Positions 38,544 through 51,927 of a stretch of DNA of 64,000 nucleotides are shown here, piece by piece (position 1 is the first letter of the stretch; every line of letters starts with the position of its first letter). Under the pieces are notes generated by a model. The model saw only the letters and a list, made by a program, of their open reading frames with translations. It did not search any database and was not told the origin of the DNA. The position numbers and the translations under genes were made by a program. Source of the stretch: Amphiscolops sp. MND2022 (lineage: Eukaryota); contig OZ076409.1 in assembly GCA_964187785.1 (NCBI GenBank), positions 96,040,001 through 96,104,000 on the forward strand. The letters run 5' to 3'.

Positions 38544-40264
38544 CTACGGAAAGCTAGCGACGCTTGCAATAGATACGTAAACGCGATCGTGAAGAACGAC
38601 GGTCAGGGGCGTGTCAGCGAATACGTCCATCAAACAGGTATAAAAGTCGAAAAGATTACGTATTGGGCGCTCAGGATCAATGATGGCAAAGTGTACTTCT
38701 ATCGCCTCTAAGCGCTCGAGTAACGTTTTCAAATGATCAAGACATCCAAAGAGAATATCAGCGAGCATAGGGCAGCGAGGTGTAGCTCGTGTGATTAAAA
38801 GGTGGATAGTCTGAGGATGGCCGTCTATCAAAGATGTGGGTAGCGTCACCATATTGCCAACCTCCGGTCGAAGTTGAAAGATTGCATCTGCACCATGCTC
38901 ACGAATGACGTAACGAAGAGCGGCAGAATTAGTCTCAAGGTTTGCGGGACAACATAAAACAATATGATGGGGAGTTTGCAGGAAGTCCGTATTGGCATAC
39001 TGCACATAGTCAACCAATTGAGGTCTCACGGCTCCATGGTATACTAACTCTCGTCCGGGGTCATTGGAGAGAGCATCGTCACATGTGTTCGGAAGGAGGC
39101 CTTTAATGGCGCCCAAGTCTTGCCACACAGATCGCGGCAACGATTGATTATCAATGTTAGCCCTGGACCATGTATCCAGTGCGTGTAGGGCTGATTGGAG
39201 TGATACAGGACTAGGAAATGAGTGCGTCCATTCGTCCAGGAATCGGATTCGTGAAAAGTTCGATAAGACTGCTATGATAAGTTCCAGCCACCATTCAAAT
39301 TTAATTTTACCACGATACAGGTCTATGGTGTGGAAACAAGTGATTCTATCAGGAGAGGCCATTGTCCGCAAACTCTCCAGACAGGTGTTCAAGTTATTGG
39401 GATGAACCAGGTCGGACACTTGTTTGGCCGTAATTAGTAGCCACCAGTTGGTTGCAGGCTGATAAACGTCTCCTGGTTTTGCGGTGACGTTGTACTTGTC
39501 ATACAAAAGGTCAGCAGGAATACAGCGTACCATTTGGATAGGCTCTCGTTCATAGTTAAAAGGACCAAAAGCAATATTTGTAGGCAAGGTGGGAACAGTG
39601 ATAGGTAATGTGAATTCAAACCAATAAGATCATAGGTCCACTCCTTGAACCTTGGGCACGGGGCCTTTGCTATCGTAGAATCTTTCATTTTGGATAGGAT
39701 ATAGTCCACAGGATATGGAGTGTCGCTGCGTTGTAGCCCAGTATAAGTCTTCTCGGCTCGAATAACCAAACGGTCAACCGTGCCGCTTGGAAGCGATTTC
39801 TCCTGTTCACGTGCTAGCAGGACTCCCTGGGGTTTAATTGGGAAGCCCGCGTGGACCATGTAGTTACATTCGCAGTCTCGTAGGCCACATGTTCCGCAAC
39901 GATATCTGGGAATACGATTGCGTCGCAGGCCATAGCGAGCGTTGGTTGATTCTGGCGGTGCTGCTTGATCTGAGGTAACCGCTGCGCTAGGGGCAGAAGA
40001 GTCAGTGTCCACAGATGGAGTGCGACGAACACGGGTAGAGGTGTTAGGTCTGGCGCGTGTTGTACGAGGAGGTCTTCCTCTGGGACGGCCTCTTTTGCGA
40101 GCGCCTCTAATAGCACCTCTCTGTTGGTGGCCACGTGGCAGCGAGGCTCGCGGCCTCGCTCTGCCTGGCGGACGTCCCCGCGGGAGCATTGGAGAGTTTC
40201 GTGGTAGTAGCTGCGTTGTTGTTGGTGGGAACTGTCGTAGGGGGAATAAATCCCTTTTCGTCAT
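38544..40264 (-). CDS. E2 pol C-terminal extension: AT-hooks, Cys motif and two macrodomain-like repeats (frameshifted)
   Basis: PRGRP repeats and CGTCGLRDCEC; two segments matching the TARG1/OARD1 pattern (C..AD, G.V, LLIT, L..CL..L). Confidence 0.6.
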
Positions 40265-43200
40265 TGGTCATTGGTGCTTCAGCACCGTTGTCGTCTAAGG
40301 TGGGGTTGAGAACATTGTCATCGATTAGGGGCCAAATGGGAAAGTTACTCAACATATCCGTAAGAGATGGATTTGTCAATAATGGGGCGGATGTACCGGT
40401 CAGAGAGGTGCCGGCACTTTTGGTGGGTGCGTGGATAGTAGGATTTGGGGCGATATCCAAGACGTCGGGCACTGCTTCATTCTCTGAGAATAGAGCCTCC
40501 ATAGCAGGCAGTGGTGATATTGGTATTTCGGGAATAGGCGCAGGTTCATCCACATGTGATGACAAGATAGCACTCTCATCGGGATTACCCTGAACACTCG
40601 ACAGGAGTACATCAGAACGTTCGTCGTCAGACTCAGTCGAAGAATAGTCAAATTGTTGATAATGTAGGCGGCTGCCACCAGTGCGCATGCGTGTGCGCAA
40701 CCGTGTGTCCATCCAATGTCTTTGTCGAGAAGGCAAAGAGGCATTACTGGCTTCTGAAATTGGTTCCTCCGCACGATAAGAAGGTTGCGAAGCATCGTCT
40801 CTCACTTCCTCGTGGGATTGTTCTGGGTCAGGGTCCATGATGATGGCAACCTCGCCGTTATGCGCAGGAACAGCTGCCCATTCTGTTGGACCACCATGGT
40901 GCGGTTTCAATCGTTCGAAATGTACTTTCTGACCAGTGTCAAATATGTAGACGCGTCCCTCTTGTAGCACTCGTGCTACTTTGTGAGGACCACGCCATGC
41001 TCTCATCAATTTAGGAGATCCTTTTTGAGGAATGTATCGGCAGAATACCCAAACAGGTTCGCCCACTTCATAGGCTTTAGCACGAATTGCTCGGTCGTAT
41101 TTCAACTTTTGTCGCTGCTGGGCTTGATGCGTGTTACGAATCTCTTGTCATGAATCTCTTGCTGTCGAGCCAGCACATGTTCCACATAGGCTTCGTGTGA
41201 TTCGAATGACTGAGTTGCAAATTCGGGATACAAGAAAGTCAGGGGTATAGCTTTTTCCATGCCTCTGGTCAGCATATACGGGGAGAACCCAGTAGTGGCA
41301 TGACGTGTGGAATTGTATGCACCCATGACTTCATCTAAATACTGGTCCCAATCACGCATTCGTCTAGAGCAGAATACACGCAGTAGGGTGAGTAACGTTC
41401 AGGTTTGTCGCTCTACCAACCCTTGAGTCTTGGGGTGGCCAGCAGTTGAGGTTACTTTGGTCACTTGGGCGGCTTTCATAAACTCAGCAGATACTGCCGC
41501 GGTGAAGTTGGGAGCATTGTCTGACTGCATTCTCGTCGGCGTTCCATGGCGGGCAAACCATTTCTGCAACAACAATTTTGAAGTGGTCGCTGCATCATAC
41601 TCATCGTGGTTGCACGGCACAGCTTCTGCGAGCTTAGAGAAATGATCAATAATAACCAAGATCCCTGTGTTACCATCGTCAGAGGGACAAATTTTCATGT
41701 GGTCATATTGGACTAGCTCGTTAAAATAGCCGCTTTGGATATTTTTCAAACGAAAGCGTACATCACCAGGCTTGTCACGTACTTGTTGACAAGTGATACA
41801 TTGGCTGACGTATTGTCCAATGGTGCGGCGGATGCCTGGCCAAGTGTGGCACTCTTGAATTCTGGCCAAGACTTTCGCGATGCCCTGATGTCCCATCGCG
41901 TCGTGGGCCTTGAACAATATCTCATGCTGATACAATTGGGGCATCACTATCATGCAGGGGCATTCATGCAAAGCTCTTTGACTTTTGGAGTACTTTACAC
42001 ACAAAACCCCGTTGGCGTTTACCAGCAGAAGGTTCTTCTTCTGTTTGTGGTAGTTTTTGGCAAAGGCACGTACATTTTCTGGAAAGATGTCATGATCTAT
42101 TGACTCTTGCATTACCAATTTCTTGATAGCCAAGACGTGGACGTCACGGTTTTGTGCCAGTAGTAGATCTTTCAACCCATGGACTGTGTTAGCATGTTCA
42201 TGCAATTCCATCGATATGCTGTTTACCACAAACGCGGCTTGTTTTACGTGCTCTGGTGCAGTGCTAGTTGCTTGCTTTTCCGTCAGTGGATAAGTGGTGC
42301 TTGATGGTACGTTAGCAGCATGCGTGGGGAGCAAATAGTCTCGTTGATATTCCTCGGTCAGTTCCAACCAATCCTCAGGATACTCTGGATAAAGTTCGGC
42401 AGGCAGTGCCAATTCTGGTTTTGGCAATGTAGGTAGGGGTGCTCTCATGGCTTCGTCGCGCATGATCGCACTTCGTTTGCTTTGTCCGCTCCTTCGCGTG
42501 GGAGCGGCAACTGTGGTTTCGGGTGAACTTTGGCTAGCCAACCTCTGCAAGTGTGCAGGCAATTCTGGGTGATTTGGTATCACACGTCCGTGGACATCAA
42601 ACCATGGGGCTAGCGGGAGTTTGTTGTATTCCTCTTGTGATAGGAAATCCCATTTGTCTGCAATTGCGGGTAAACCCTTTAATTGCTTTTCGTGTTTTTT
42701 GTAGTCATTTGTTCGTTTGCTAAGACCATCAGCATTTCGATGTTGCGTTCTGGGTCGGTGCTCAATACCGAAGTGATATTTTTCAAGAGCCATAATCCAT
42801 CGACCAATAATCGCCTGATCCATCGAATATGTCTTTAGCCAGGATAGGGCCTGATTGTCGACCCTCAGTGTGAATTTCCGTGGACAGAGATAGCTGTGGT
42901 TTTTCAAGATGAAATAGTATGCAGCGTACATTTCCAGTTTTGGGGCTCCATACTTTGCTTGCGTAGAGGTTAACTTTTTGCTTCCGAATACAATCGGTCG
43001 CAATTTGCGACTCTCAGGTGGTCCTTGCCATTGGTGAAGAATACCTGATATAGCTACACCACTAGCATCGGTGTCAAGAACAAATTCGCCTTCAGTGTCG
43101 GGTTGCGCCAGAGCAGTGGCTTCCATTAGTGCCACTTTGATGCTGTTAAAGGCTCGCTGCTGCTCCTCCCCCCATAAAAATGGAGAGCCTGCGCCCGTCA

Positions 43201-44945
43201 TCGCATGTAAAGGGGCAACTAGCTTTGCATGCCATGGGATAAAATCCCGATAGTAGTTGGCAAAACCCAAGAAACTTTGCAATTCAGTTTTGGTTCGCAG
43301 GATATCCCAATCTTTCAGCTTGGCGACAGCTTTTGGATCTGGCTTGATACCATCTGCGGATACAACTCGGCCCAAATATTTGATCTCCGATTTCATAAAG
43401 TCACACTTGGAGACTCTCATTTTGAAGCCGGCCTCACGCAGGCATTGGAATACTTCGCGTAGTCTATCCATGTGATCCTCGATGGTCTCGGTAGCAATCA
43501 CAATGTCATCGATATAGGCCATAACCATACTTCCTTCGCGGTTCACTATTCTTTGTAGCGCTCGCGCTATTGCCCGTTGAAATGTTGCTGATGCGTTACA
43601 CATACCAAAAGGCATACGCCGCCACTCAAATAACCCAAGTTCACAAGCGAAGGCAGTCTTTTGACGATCGGCTTTTCGGACAGGAATTTGCCAGAATGCC
43701 CATGCCAAGTCAATACTGGTATAGATTTTGGCTTTGCCCAATCAGGATAGACTCTCATCGATACGTGGCAAGGGATAAGCGTCTTTGATGGTCACTTCAT
43801 TAAGTGGTCGAAAGTCACAACAGAATCGCAATTCACCACTCTTCTTTTTGACCATAACAATTCCACTCGCCCCAGGGGATAGGGAAGGTTGTATCATTCC
43901 CAAAGCTAGCAAGTCACGGACTTCTTGGTTAGCACGTTCTGCCTTGTCAGGCGACATTCGTCTTGCACCTTCACGGTGAGGTATAGCCCCTGGCTCTACT
44001 TCCACCGGGTGCTTAGCGATTTTACATTTGCCAATGTCGGCTTTGACTTTCATAAACAAATTATCAAATTCGTTCAAAAGTTTACTAAGCGTGTCGCTGG
44101 CGGTCGAGCCCCACAAACTGCGCACTTCTTCGAGTTGTGCTTCCGGGCCCGGTATCGGAGCCATTAGCGCCGGATCGGTTCGTTTTTTTATTTCACGCTC
44201 GGACAAGCCTAGTTCTGACGGTTCGGTAGAGGACAAAAACTCAAATTCAGATGAAGAACTATATTCAGAAGAAGAATCAAGGTTCATCTGTTCGTAAACT
44301 TTACAAACATAATTTGCATTTGACTGCAGAGTTTCATTTGATTGTCCGGGGACAATTTGGGGGATGGCTTTATGAACCATCGTCACGGGTACCGCGGTTC
44401 CCAAAAGGGTGCCCTTTTTGATCCGCTGTACGTTGCTGGTGAGATTTCCTAAACTGACGTAAAGGAAACCAGTTTCCCCCACGGTCGCCACGGTGTCCTC
44501 TAAAAAGATGGCGTTTTTTTAACATTCGGTTAGGTGTTTGAAAATTGATTAGCACGGTTCGAAACATGAAAGGTTCTAAGTTGTCTACAAGCAATCTAGC
44601 GCGTAGTATCGCGCGTTCAAATGGTTGCAACACTACGTCCTGTGCAATCGCTACCGACGAACTGAGCGATTCGTTACTTACTTGCGCGTGGGCATGGTAC
44701 CACACCGATTCAGAGGGAGCTCGGACAATGACCTTCATCGCGGTTAGGTCTACCAAGACCTGATAAGCTCTTAGGAAGTTTCTGCCCAGGAGGAAGTCTT
44801 CCACTCCCATAGCGTCATCAACTACCACGAAGTTAGTTTCCAATTGGAATTTGACTTTCTCCGCTAGACCAAAAGTTTTGATCGTCTTCCCATTCGCGGC
44901 ATATAAGTCAATACCATAAGGTCGTAAGAGTGTGCCAGTGCGCAC
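40107..44945 (-). pseudogene. pol: E2 pol core: PR, RT, RNase H, integrase with GPY/F motif; several lesions
   Basis: RT YIDD and DFRPLN..T.KDAYPLP; RNase H DTDAS/DNQAL/NADGLS; integrase H.AMGH..CITC, D-D-E (QYDH, SDNA, GLVER) and WRGPHKV; stop at 43742. Confidence 0.93.
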
Positions 44946-47900
44946 GGCGACTGACTCGATTGTAGGCTGAGAAGGTGAGGATGGATACTCCTGATCCAGT
45001 GTCTATTAGACCACGTAATGGCACGGGAGCAGCATCGGGAACCACGAATGAAACCACGAGCGACGCACGCTCATCGATTCTCTCTTCACCAGTTGGTTCT
45101 TGAGCATCAATGTTATAGCAGCGCAGCTCTTGCGGTCCCAAGCAGATTCCAGGAGGAAACGCATCAGTAATAATAGTGGCGCCAAAACGCATGTCAACAC
45201 CATCTATGCAGACTTTGACTGGAATCGGAGAATAGGCATGATACGTCGAAGTGACACCTTTCACTTGCCACTCTTCCGGTTGGGGCAGAGTCAGTTGCCG
45301 GCAATTCTCGTTTGCGGTCATCTCTTCTATCAGAGCGTCTATGGTGAGTTCTGGGCGGGTTTCTCTCTCGACCGCCAACAGTAGTCGGGCAGACATGATA
45401 GTGCGTCCCGAGGGATCAAAAGTAGTTGGCTCTGGGTTCGTCTGGATTTGGATTTTGCCACATGTGACGGTAAGAGGCGTCGCCACGTGAGCGGCTTCAG
45501 CAGGGCGTAGCATGAGTACCATTTCACTGTCACTCATCGTTTGAGAAGCAGATGGCTGTTCAGCCCAGAGGCTGTAGGCCAAATCCTCATGTACTGGAAC
45601 ATTTTGGCATTGTGATGCAGAGTGTTCGGTCATGCCACAGTTAACACAGAATACGGGGCCAGAACATGCAGAGGCCACATTGTTCTCACACAGGTTCACT
45701 CGCTCTTCGGGTGCAGCGCGAGCCGCGGGTTTCCTTGCTAGGTCTCGATTTGGGCATTCCCTCGCAAAGTGACCCGGTAGTCCACAGTTGAAGCATGCTC
45801 CTTGGGGAATCACTCTCGCTGGTTGCTGCTGTGCAGGAGCCTGTTTTACCGATGCAGGGCCTGGTGGGGCCATCTGGGGCTTTGCCTCTCGCTGTCCTTG
45901 GTTTGGAGCAGCACATTTTGTGGTAGGCCTGGTGCCGGGTGAACCAATTTCCCTGGCACGAAAGGATTAGGCCTCGATCTCATTGCATACCTTGGGTCGT
46001 AAGGTTTTGACGTGTTTGGGCGATGCCGTTGCAATTGTCTCGTGGTGAATCTCAGGGATTCTACAGTTGGTGGCTCAGTCAAATACGTCTCCGCAGCGTA
46101 AACCACGGCCAACTCTTGTCGCAGCGTCGGGTCATTGACGCCATCTATAAAACGTTGCAGGATTTCATAACGACGTGTAGTGATAGGCTCGTCTGGGAAA
46201 CCTTGGGTGCGCAGACCTTGCAATGCGTCCAAGAATTGCATCCAATCCTCTTTTTCCTGTTGGACACGAGACATGAAGGTTTGCCTGACGTGCATGCGGT
46301 TTCCACCGGTTCCAAACCTGCTGGCCAAGAGAGAGAATACCTTGTCGGGCTCGTCTCGTTCAGGTTCAGATTTGTTGATTATATAATTTCTCGCCTCCCC
46401 TTCCAGGTGGTCGATGATAGCCCAGGCTTTGTCGATCTTTGGTGATTTTGCATGCACCCTTTCTAGAAATCGCTTCATCACTGGAAGGCATCCATCGACA
46501 GTACCATCTTTAGTGCCTTTGTACAACGTAGGGCGGACCCTAGTTTGATCTCGATTAGCAATTAGCGGCGCCAGTTCCTTGGACATGGCCTTGGATATTG
46601 CCTCGGTAAACCTGAGTTGCTCCGGTGATATAGGCGCTTCTTCAGTGATAGCTGGTGGCGGGATACTGCTGCCTCGCGTTGAGTTGACAGAGTCATCGGT
46701 GTTCTCGGGGATAGTCACTTCTCGGCGTCGGGTGCTGCTGGCGCATGGGTTGCCCGGGGGCAACCCATCGTCCGCGGTTTGGAATTCTGCAGCTGATTCT
46801 CCCAAAGTTGCATTTGCTGTTTGGAAGGTGCTGGTGACTTCAGTTAGCTCGTTTGTGCGTGTGGGCTCTCGCAGGCCGGTGATACCCATGCTTGAAGTGT
46901 CGATAGTTATCACCTCGCACGTTGGTTCTTTCTTGTGAGCTTTGGTCGTGGGTGGAATATATTTTGTTGATACCGCAGACGGGATAAATTTCGTCGAGGT
47001 TGATGCGGCCTCTCCATTTGAGACCAGAGGTTGTGGCAAAGGCGCGTACCTCGCCAAGTGCTGTTTAGAGCCAGATGGGTTTGTTGCAGTCGTCACACTC
47101 TCTTTTGGCTTGAGGGAGACGCTTTTCATGGGTTTTGGCAGTGATACATCAGTGTCTTGCAGCAACTCTTTGATAGTGTTGCTCGCTGGTGCGGGTCGAG
47201 GTTGGATATTTTTCAACATAGTGCCCATTGCTTGTATCTGTGAACATACCTCTTGCATTTGAGCTTCCATGCGCACCTCTCTTTCGGCCACCATGTCTTT
47301 CATTTCGGCCATTCGATAGCCCATAGCATCCATTCGGGCGGCCTGAATTTCATGTCCTTGCGCTTGTCGCTCAGTTGATGTTCGCAATTCAGCCTGCACG
47401 GCTTCTATTTCCTCCATTATTGACTGGTGCTCTCTATCGCACCTTGCCTTGCGCTCAGACAGTTGTGAAGCAGCTTGCTTCACGCCTATCTGAGCATCTA
47501 ATAGAGCTTTGCGCGCTTTCGCTGCTTAATGTACGGCTCGATATGCCGAAGATCGTGCAGATGCAGCTTTTGATGAGGGTGAGGATGAGCGTGAATCGCC
47601 ATGAGGTCCTGTAGTACTGGTTAGTGGTAATAAAGCTGGGGGCCGTACTTGCTTACCCTTCCCAGATGCTCGGGGAGCCGTAGCTTCTTGAAGACGTGCC
47701 CTGGCATAATCCATGCCCCCAATGTAGGACATTTGTTGGAGTACTTCTGTGGTATGAGCTGTGCCCTCACTCGCAGTGCTTGGAGCTTTGAATTGCCCCG
47801 TCGCATTCAGGCAGCTCATTTCTACTTCATCTTCATTCGTCTTGTTGGAGTTAGGCCACGCTCCAGTGTCATCTACACCATTGGGTGTGACAGCGCTGGG

Positions 47901-48278
47901 TAAGTCCAGCAACCATTTGGAAGTATGGGTCTGACTTCCTGTCTCGTCAGCTGAACCTCCGATATCATCGGTAGTCCTGGCGACCGGCTTGGCCTGATAC
48001 TTCTCCGATGCGTCGTCTGACATAGGGTCTGAAAAATCGGGTTCCATAACGAAACTGTCATCAGTTGGCCAATCTTCCTCCCTGGGGTCTGAGGTCAGGT
48101 CTGATATTGCACTGAGATTTGTCTCGCACCCCGTTGGGTCTGGTGTTTTCGATGCTTCAGCGCGTCGCGACGTGTCCTTCCTCCCCCCTCTTGAAAGATT
48201 AGAGCATCGCCGGGTGTTCGTGCGGCTTAATGTTCTCGTTATAGAATTCCAAAGGTTACGCAAACTGTTAGTTTTCAT
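44908..48278 (-). pseudogene. gag: E2 gag (coiled coil, capsid-like region, two CCHC knuckles) and protease start; frameshifted
   Basis: ATG at 48278; ORFs 47526, 45846 and 44908; CFNCGLPGHFAREC and CVNCGMTEHSASQC; protease LIDTGSG. Confidence 0.85.
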
Positions 48279-50633
48279 GATTTCACACGTCTCGAAAAAG
48301 TCAAAAATCGATCTAGGGGTCGTACCGGCGTGAAACTTACACAGCGCGTTGATACCGTGGTGTGGGGCCGGAAACCGTGCGTTTGGGGCTTGCGGAACAG
48401 CTAATTCGCAAACAATCGAGTTTTTAGACAATTTTTGAGTTTTTCAGATTTCTTTAAAAATGACTAAGATGCCTCGAGCGCAACGTCTAATCGTCGGAGA
48501 CACTTGAAAATTGGCCACCTGACCTTGTGGTAGGTGTACTACACGATAGCAAAATCAAATCTAAGCTAAGGTTCTTATTTCAAGATTCAGGCTGATTCGG
48601 ACGTTCGGTACCCTTAGTCACCAAGATACATCAATTTTCATGCTTATTTCAAGATTGTGCTTTACTGAAAGAAACCAGCGGGCTCAAAATTTGCAAAACA
48701 ACGTAATATCTGGTACAAATGATAGAAATGAACGGCAATTCAACCTCGTTTTTCAATTAAGGTACTCGGATCACTCAGGAAAAATTTGAAAAATTACCCT
48801 CTATGCCCAATTTTTTGAGTGGTACGTTTTTTCTATTTTCTCACCAAGTACCGGTTGGATTGACACGAAACTTTGTAGCTACAGTCGATGAGCGTGTACA
48901 ATGCCGGTGAAACTATCAAATGAAAGCGCGGACGCTTATTTGAGGTTCCGACCTTACTTGGACAACACTCATAAAAAAACAATTTTGGACTACTTTTTTC
49001 ACAAATTGGCTAAGAGGGTCACCTCAAAAAGTGGTAGGGCTGAAAAAAATGGGACCTACGTGTTGCCCCACTACTCGTAGTACTAGGATAAACCCTCGAT
49101 TAGGTGTGCCCGTTAAACACGAGGCACCGACAGTCCGTCAGTTTTGGATTATTTCGGCAGTTTTACAGTCCCCTGAAGTTGAAACGTTGGAGAACTTTTT
49201 TCGACTTTGGTGAAAGTTACGTCCACCAAATTTTCGGCACTAGCGTTATTTTTAGTGGTGGTTATGAAAATACAACCACCTTTTGGCTAAGGTCCAAGAA
49301 TCAATGACCCGACCTTAGCTCAGAGATAGTCCGGATTTTAGGAGAATGGAGGTTTTTCAGTGCATTTTTCTACTTTTCTCAGCACTGAAAAGGAATTTTG
49401 GGATGCGGTCTTCTCTGTAGATCGTTAAATTTACTGAATAAACTGAAAATAATAGCCCGGGGGCAATTCTAAGCGTAAAAGTGTTCGTCAATAGTCAAAT
49501 TGGGTTTCTTCTAAGAGTACTATAGAAAAACCTCAAAATCACAGTTCTCGTAACTTTTTTAAAGAAGTAGTGGTTATAATTACCAAAATGGGTATTGTTG
49601 GGTACCGGCAGGTGTACCCCAACCTAATTGCAAACATTCGGGGGTGTTTAAAAGCTTCTATACAAGTTCCCCCACAAATTCAAAGTGCTAAAAATGTTCA
49701 GTCTTCCAAAAACGGGGTTTTTTCCTCACAAAATTTATACTAAGTGCCTTTTCGGGCAACTTTGAGCAGTTCGTCGCGTTTTTTGCGAACTCATTAGAGT
49801 CCTGAGCTACTTTTATTTAATTTCTGCAGGTGTGTGCCTAGCACCAAGAGCGCTCGCGCTCATGTAGGTGTTTCGCCTCAAAATGGCCAAATTTGGCACT
49901 TTTCGTCGAAAATACATGAAAAAACGCACTTTTTTCGCACAAAACAGGTGCAAAAGCCCACACCTAGTTACAGAAGGCTCGTAAACACATTGGCAAGTGG
50001 TCGTACACAAAATTTTGAGCAACCCAAAAAATTTTTTCAACCTGACTCAAAAATATTATACAACCCGGACTGACGAGTCGTGTCTTCTCGTTCTTTTTGC
50101 TCATCACCCAGAACAGCTAGAGACAAACAGGTTGCACCATTAGACACGTCAGCATTTGTAGTACGTCTCCATTAAATTTCATTCCTCTAGGTTGCCTGTA
50201 CGAGAAATGGGATCGGTGAGTCGTATAACTCGTTTCGGCAGATTGTAAGATTCGTCTGAGCAAGGATCGTCCTCTTCTCAACACTCACTTCATTGGTCAT
50301 AAAAAGCTGAAAAAGGCTAGAAAACACCTGCTAACACTTCCAGCAGCCTTCCAACGGCTTGCTAGACCAATTTTATGAGTGACCCGTTAAGAGGGTAGGC
50401 TATTTCGATCGTTACCTGTCAACTACTGAAAAAGCATGAAAATCACAACATACAGCGCTTTTTTACAAGATTTACCTTTATCCACCGGGCTTGAAGTCTT
50501 CAATAACACACACAGGGTAAAAACGTGGAAAAACTCTGCTTCTCTCTTCTTTCCATCAGAGTCGGGTCGTACTTGGCGTCAATCACCAGAGGGTCGGCTA
50601 TTTTAAAACCATTAAGGGAAGCACTTCGAAGCG

Positions 50634-50651
50634 ATCCCTCTGTGGTCGCCA
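50634..50651 (-). promoter_or_regulatory. E2 candidate PBS (tRNA-Arg-like), 16 nt from the LTR
   Basis: TGGCGACCACAGAGGGAT resembles the complement of tRNA-Arg 3' ends (...CCCTTCGTGGTCGCCA). Confidence 0.6.
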
Positions 50652-50667
50652 TAAAATGTGTTCTCCA

Positions 50668-51401
50668 TGTAACGACAAGCTCTCACCATTGTCGCCGTAA
50701 CCATAAGAGCAGGAGGAACACATGGCATGAGTATTTGCCCGGGACAGGCGCCCATGGCCATGAGTCCATTTTGCCTCCTTCGGGTAAGAAATGTCCCGTC
50801 AGAGGAGGATTCCGCTTCTTAAGAAGTGCTCGCCGGCCTGATCCAGTCTGTAATTGCTAACAATAGCGCGCATTACGCTTTTTCTTCGGAACCAACGCTT
50901 AGATAGCCTTTAAAAAATGCAAGTGGTGGAAAGGAAAAATCAAGTTTTTTAGAAGTTACACAGGAAATCGAAATAAGTAGCTCACGAGCTGTTACGACAA
51001 GAAAATACGAAAATTACTACATAATTAGCACTTTTGAGGCAGCAATTAGCCGGGGACACAAGCACGGATGCTTGGTCAAGCCAATTGACTCATTTTCGGT
51101 AATCACAGCGTCTTGTAACGCTTCGCTGAAGAAAGCACTGGCTAGAACCAAGTTCAGTCCGTTTTGACAGAAATTTGAGTCTTTTTCTGACAGCGGCCGT
51201 GTTTTTCTGCAGTCTTCTCGTTCGGTTGGGGTCTGCCCGGAGTCTTTTGCTCAAATTCTCTTCAATTCTGTGGGCAGGTACTTGAATAAAGACACGCTGC
51301 CGTCCAGCGGAATATGACTTTTCAGTAGAGGGGATATAGTCCCTTGAACGAAATTTTCATCGAAATTTTCGAAATCGTGTACTCGATAGGTAATCGCTAC
51401 A
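50668..51401 (-). repeat. E2 5' LTR
   Basis: Near-identical direct repeat of 32196-32929. Confidence 0.97.
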
Positions 51402-51800
51402 CATGGTCAATCTCGTTGTTCATAGAAAACGCTAATACTAAAAAGAAAACAACACAACTGACACCCACTTGCGGAAAACCATTGAAAACTAGATGTAGAA
51501 GGAACATTGTTGTATATTAATTCCTGGTCATATAAATTCAATGATTATTTTCTTGATTTTCGCAAAACTTTTGATACTGTAGATCTCGGAACTTTACTCC
51601 AAAATGGAACATCTTTGTTGTTCGTGGAAACGTTGATGCAATGGTCGGTAGCTATTTAACAAACATTGAACAATTTGTGAACATGAACTTCTAAATTTCC
51701 AACTTTCAACTAGTTAAATAAAATGACCCTTAATAGTCAATTCTGAGAAGAGTTCTACTTCTTGCGTATATAAACGGCATTGGAACAAACGACAAAATGA
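51402..51800 (+). pseudogene. Decayed CR1/L2-type LINE RT fragment, right part
   Basis: FLDFRKTFDTVD..TLL, VRG....GSYLTN.EQFV and a degenerate SIL...L.L.YIN motif. Confidence 0.75.
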
Positions 51801-51822
51801 TATGAAAATTGGGATCTTTTCA

Positions 51823-51927
51823 CTATGCCCCCCCTATATCACTCGTTACACTATGTCCCCCTTAGAGAAAAAGAATGTTTGTGGCTCATCTATATTTATC
51901 TCCTATTGGCTAATATCTCAAGCTATT
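51823..51927 (-). repeat. Interspersed repeat also present (opposite strand) at ~542-645
   Basis: CCCCTATATCAC.CGTTACACTATGT...GAGAAAAAGAATGT...GGCTCAT.TATATTTATCTCCTATTGGC is the reverse complement of 542-645; truncated where E3 begins. Confidence 0.7.

Larger units (their letters stand above)
32196..51401 (-). mobile_element. E2: giant 19.2-kb Ty3/gypsy LTR retrotransposon with extended pol and an extra ORF3
   Basis: 734-bp TG...CA LTRs with four differences seen; (A)CAT flanks; gag-PR-RT-RH-IN order followed by further long ORFs. Confidence 0.95.

Noticed and set aside
34091..47903. Many + strand ORFs of 60-150 aa inside E2 (likewise in E1 and E3)
   Set aside because: Antisense shadows of the - strand coding frames with no recognisable motifs.
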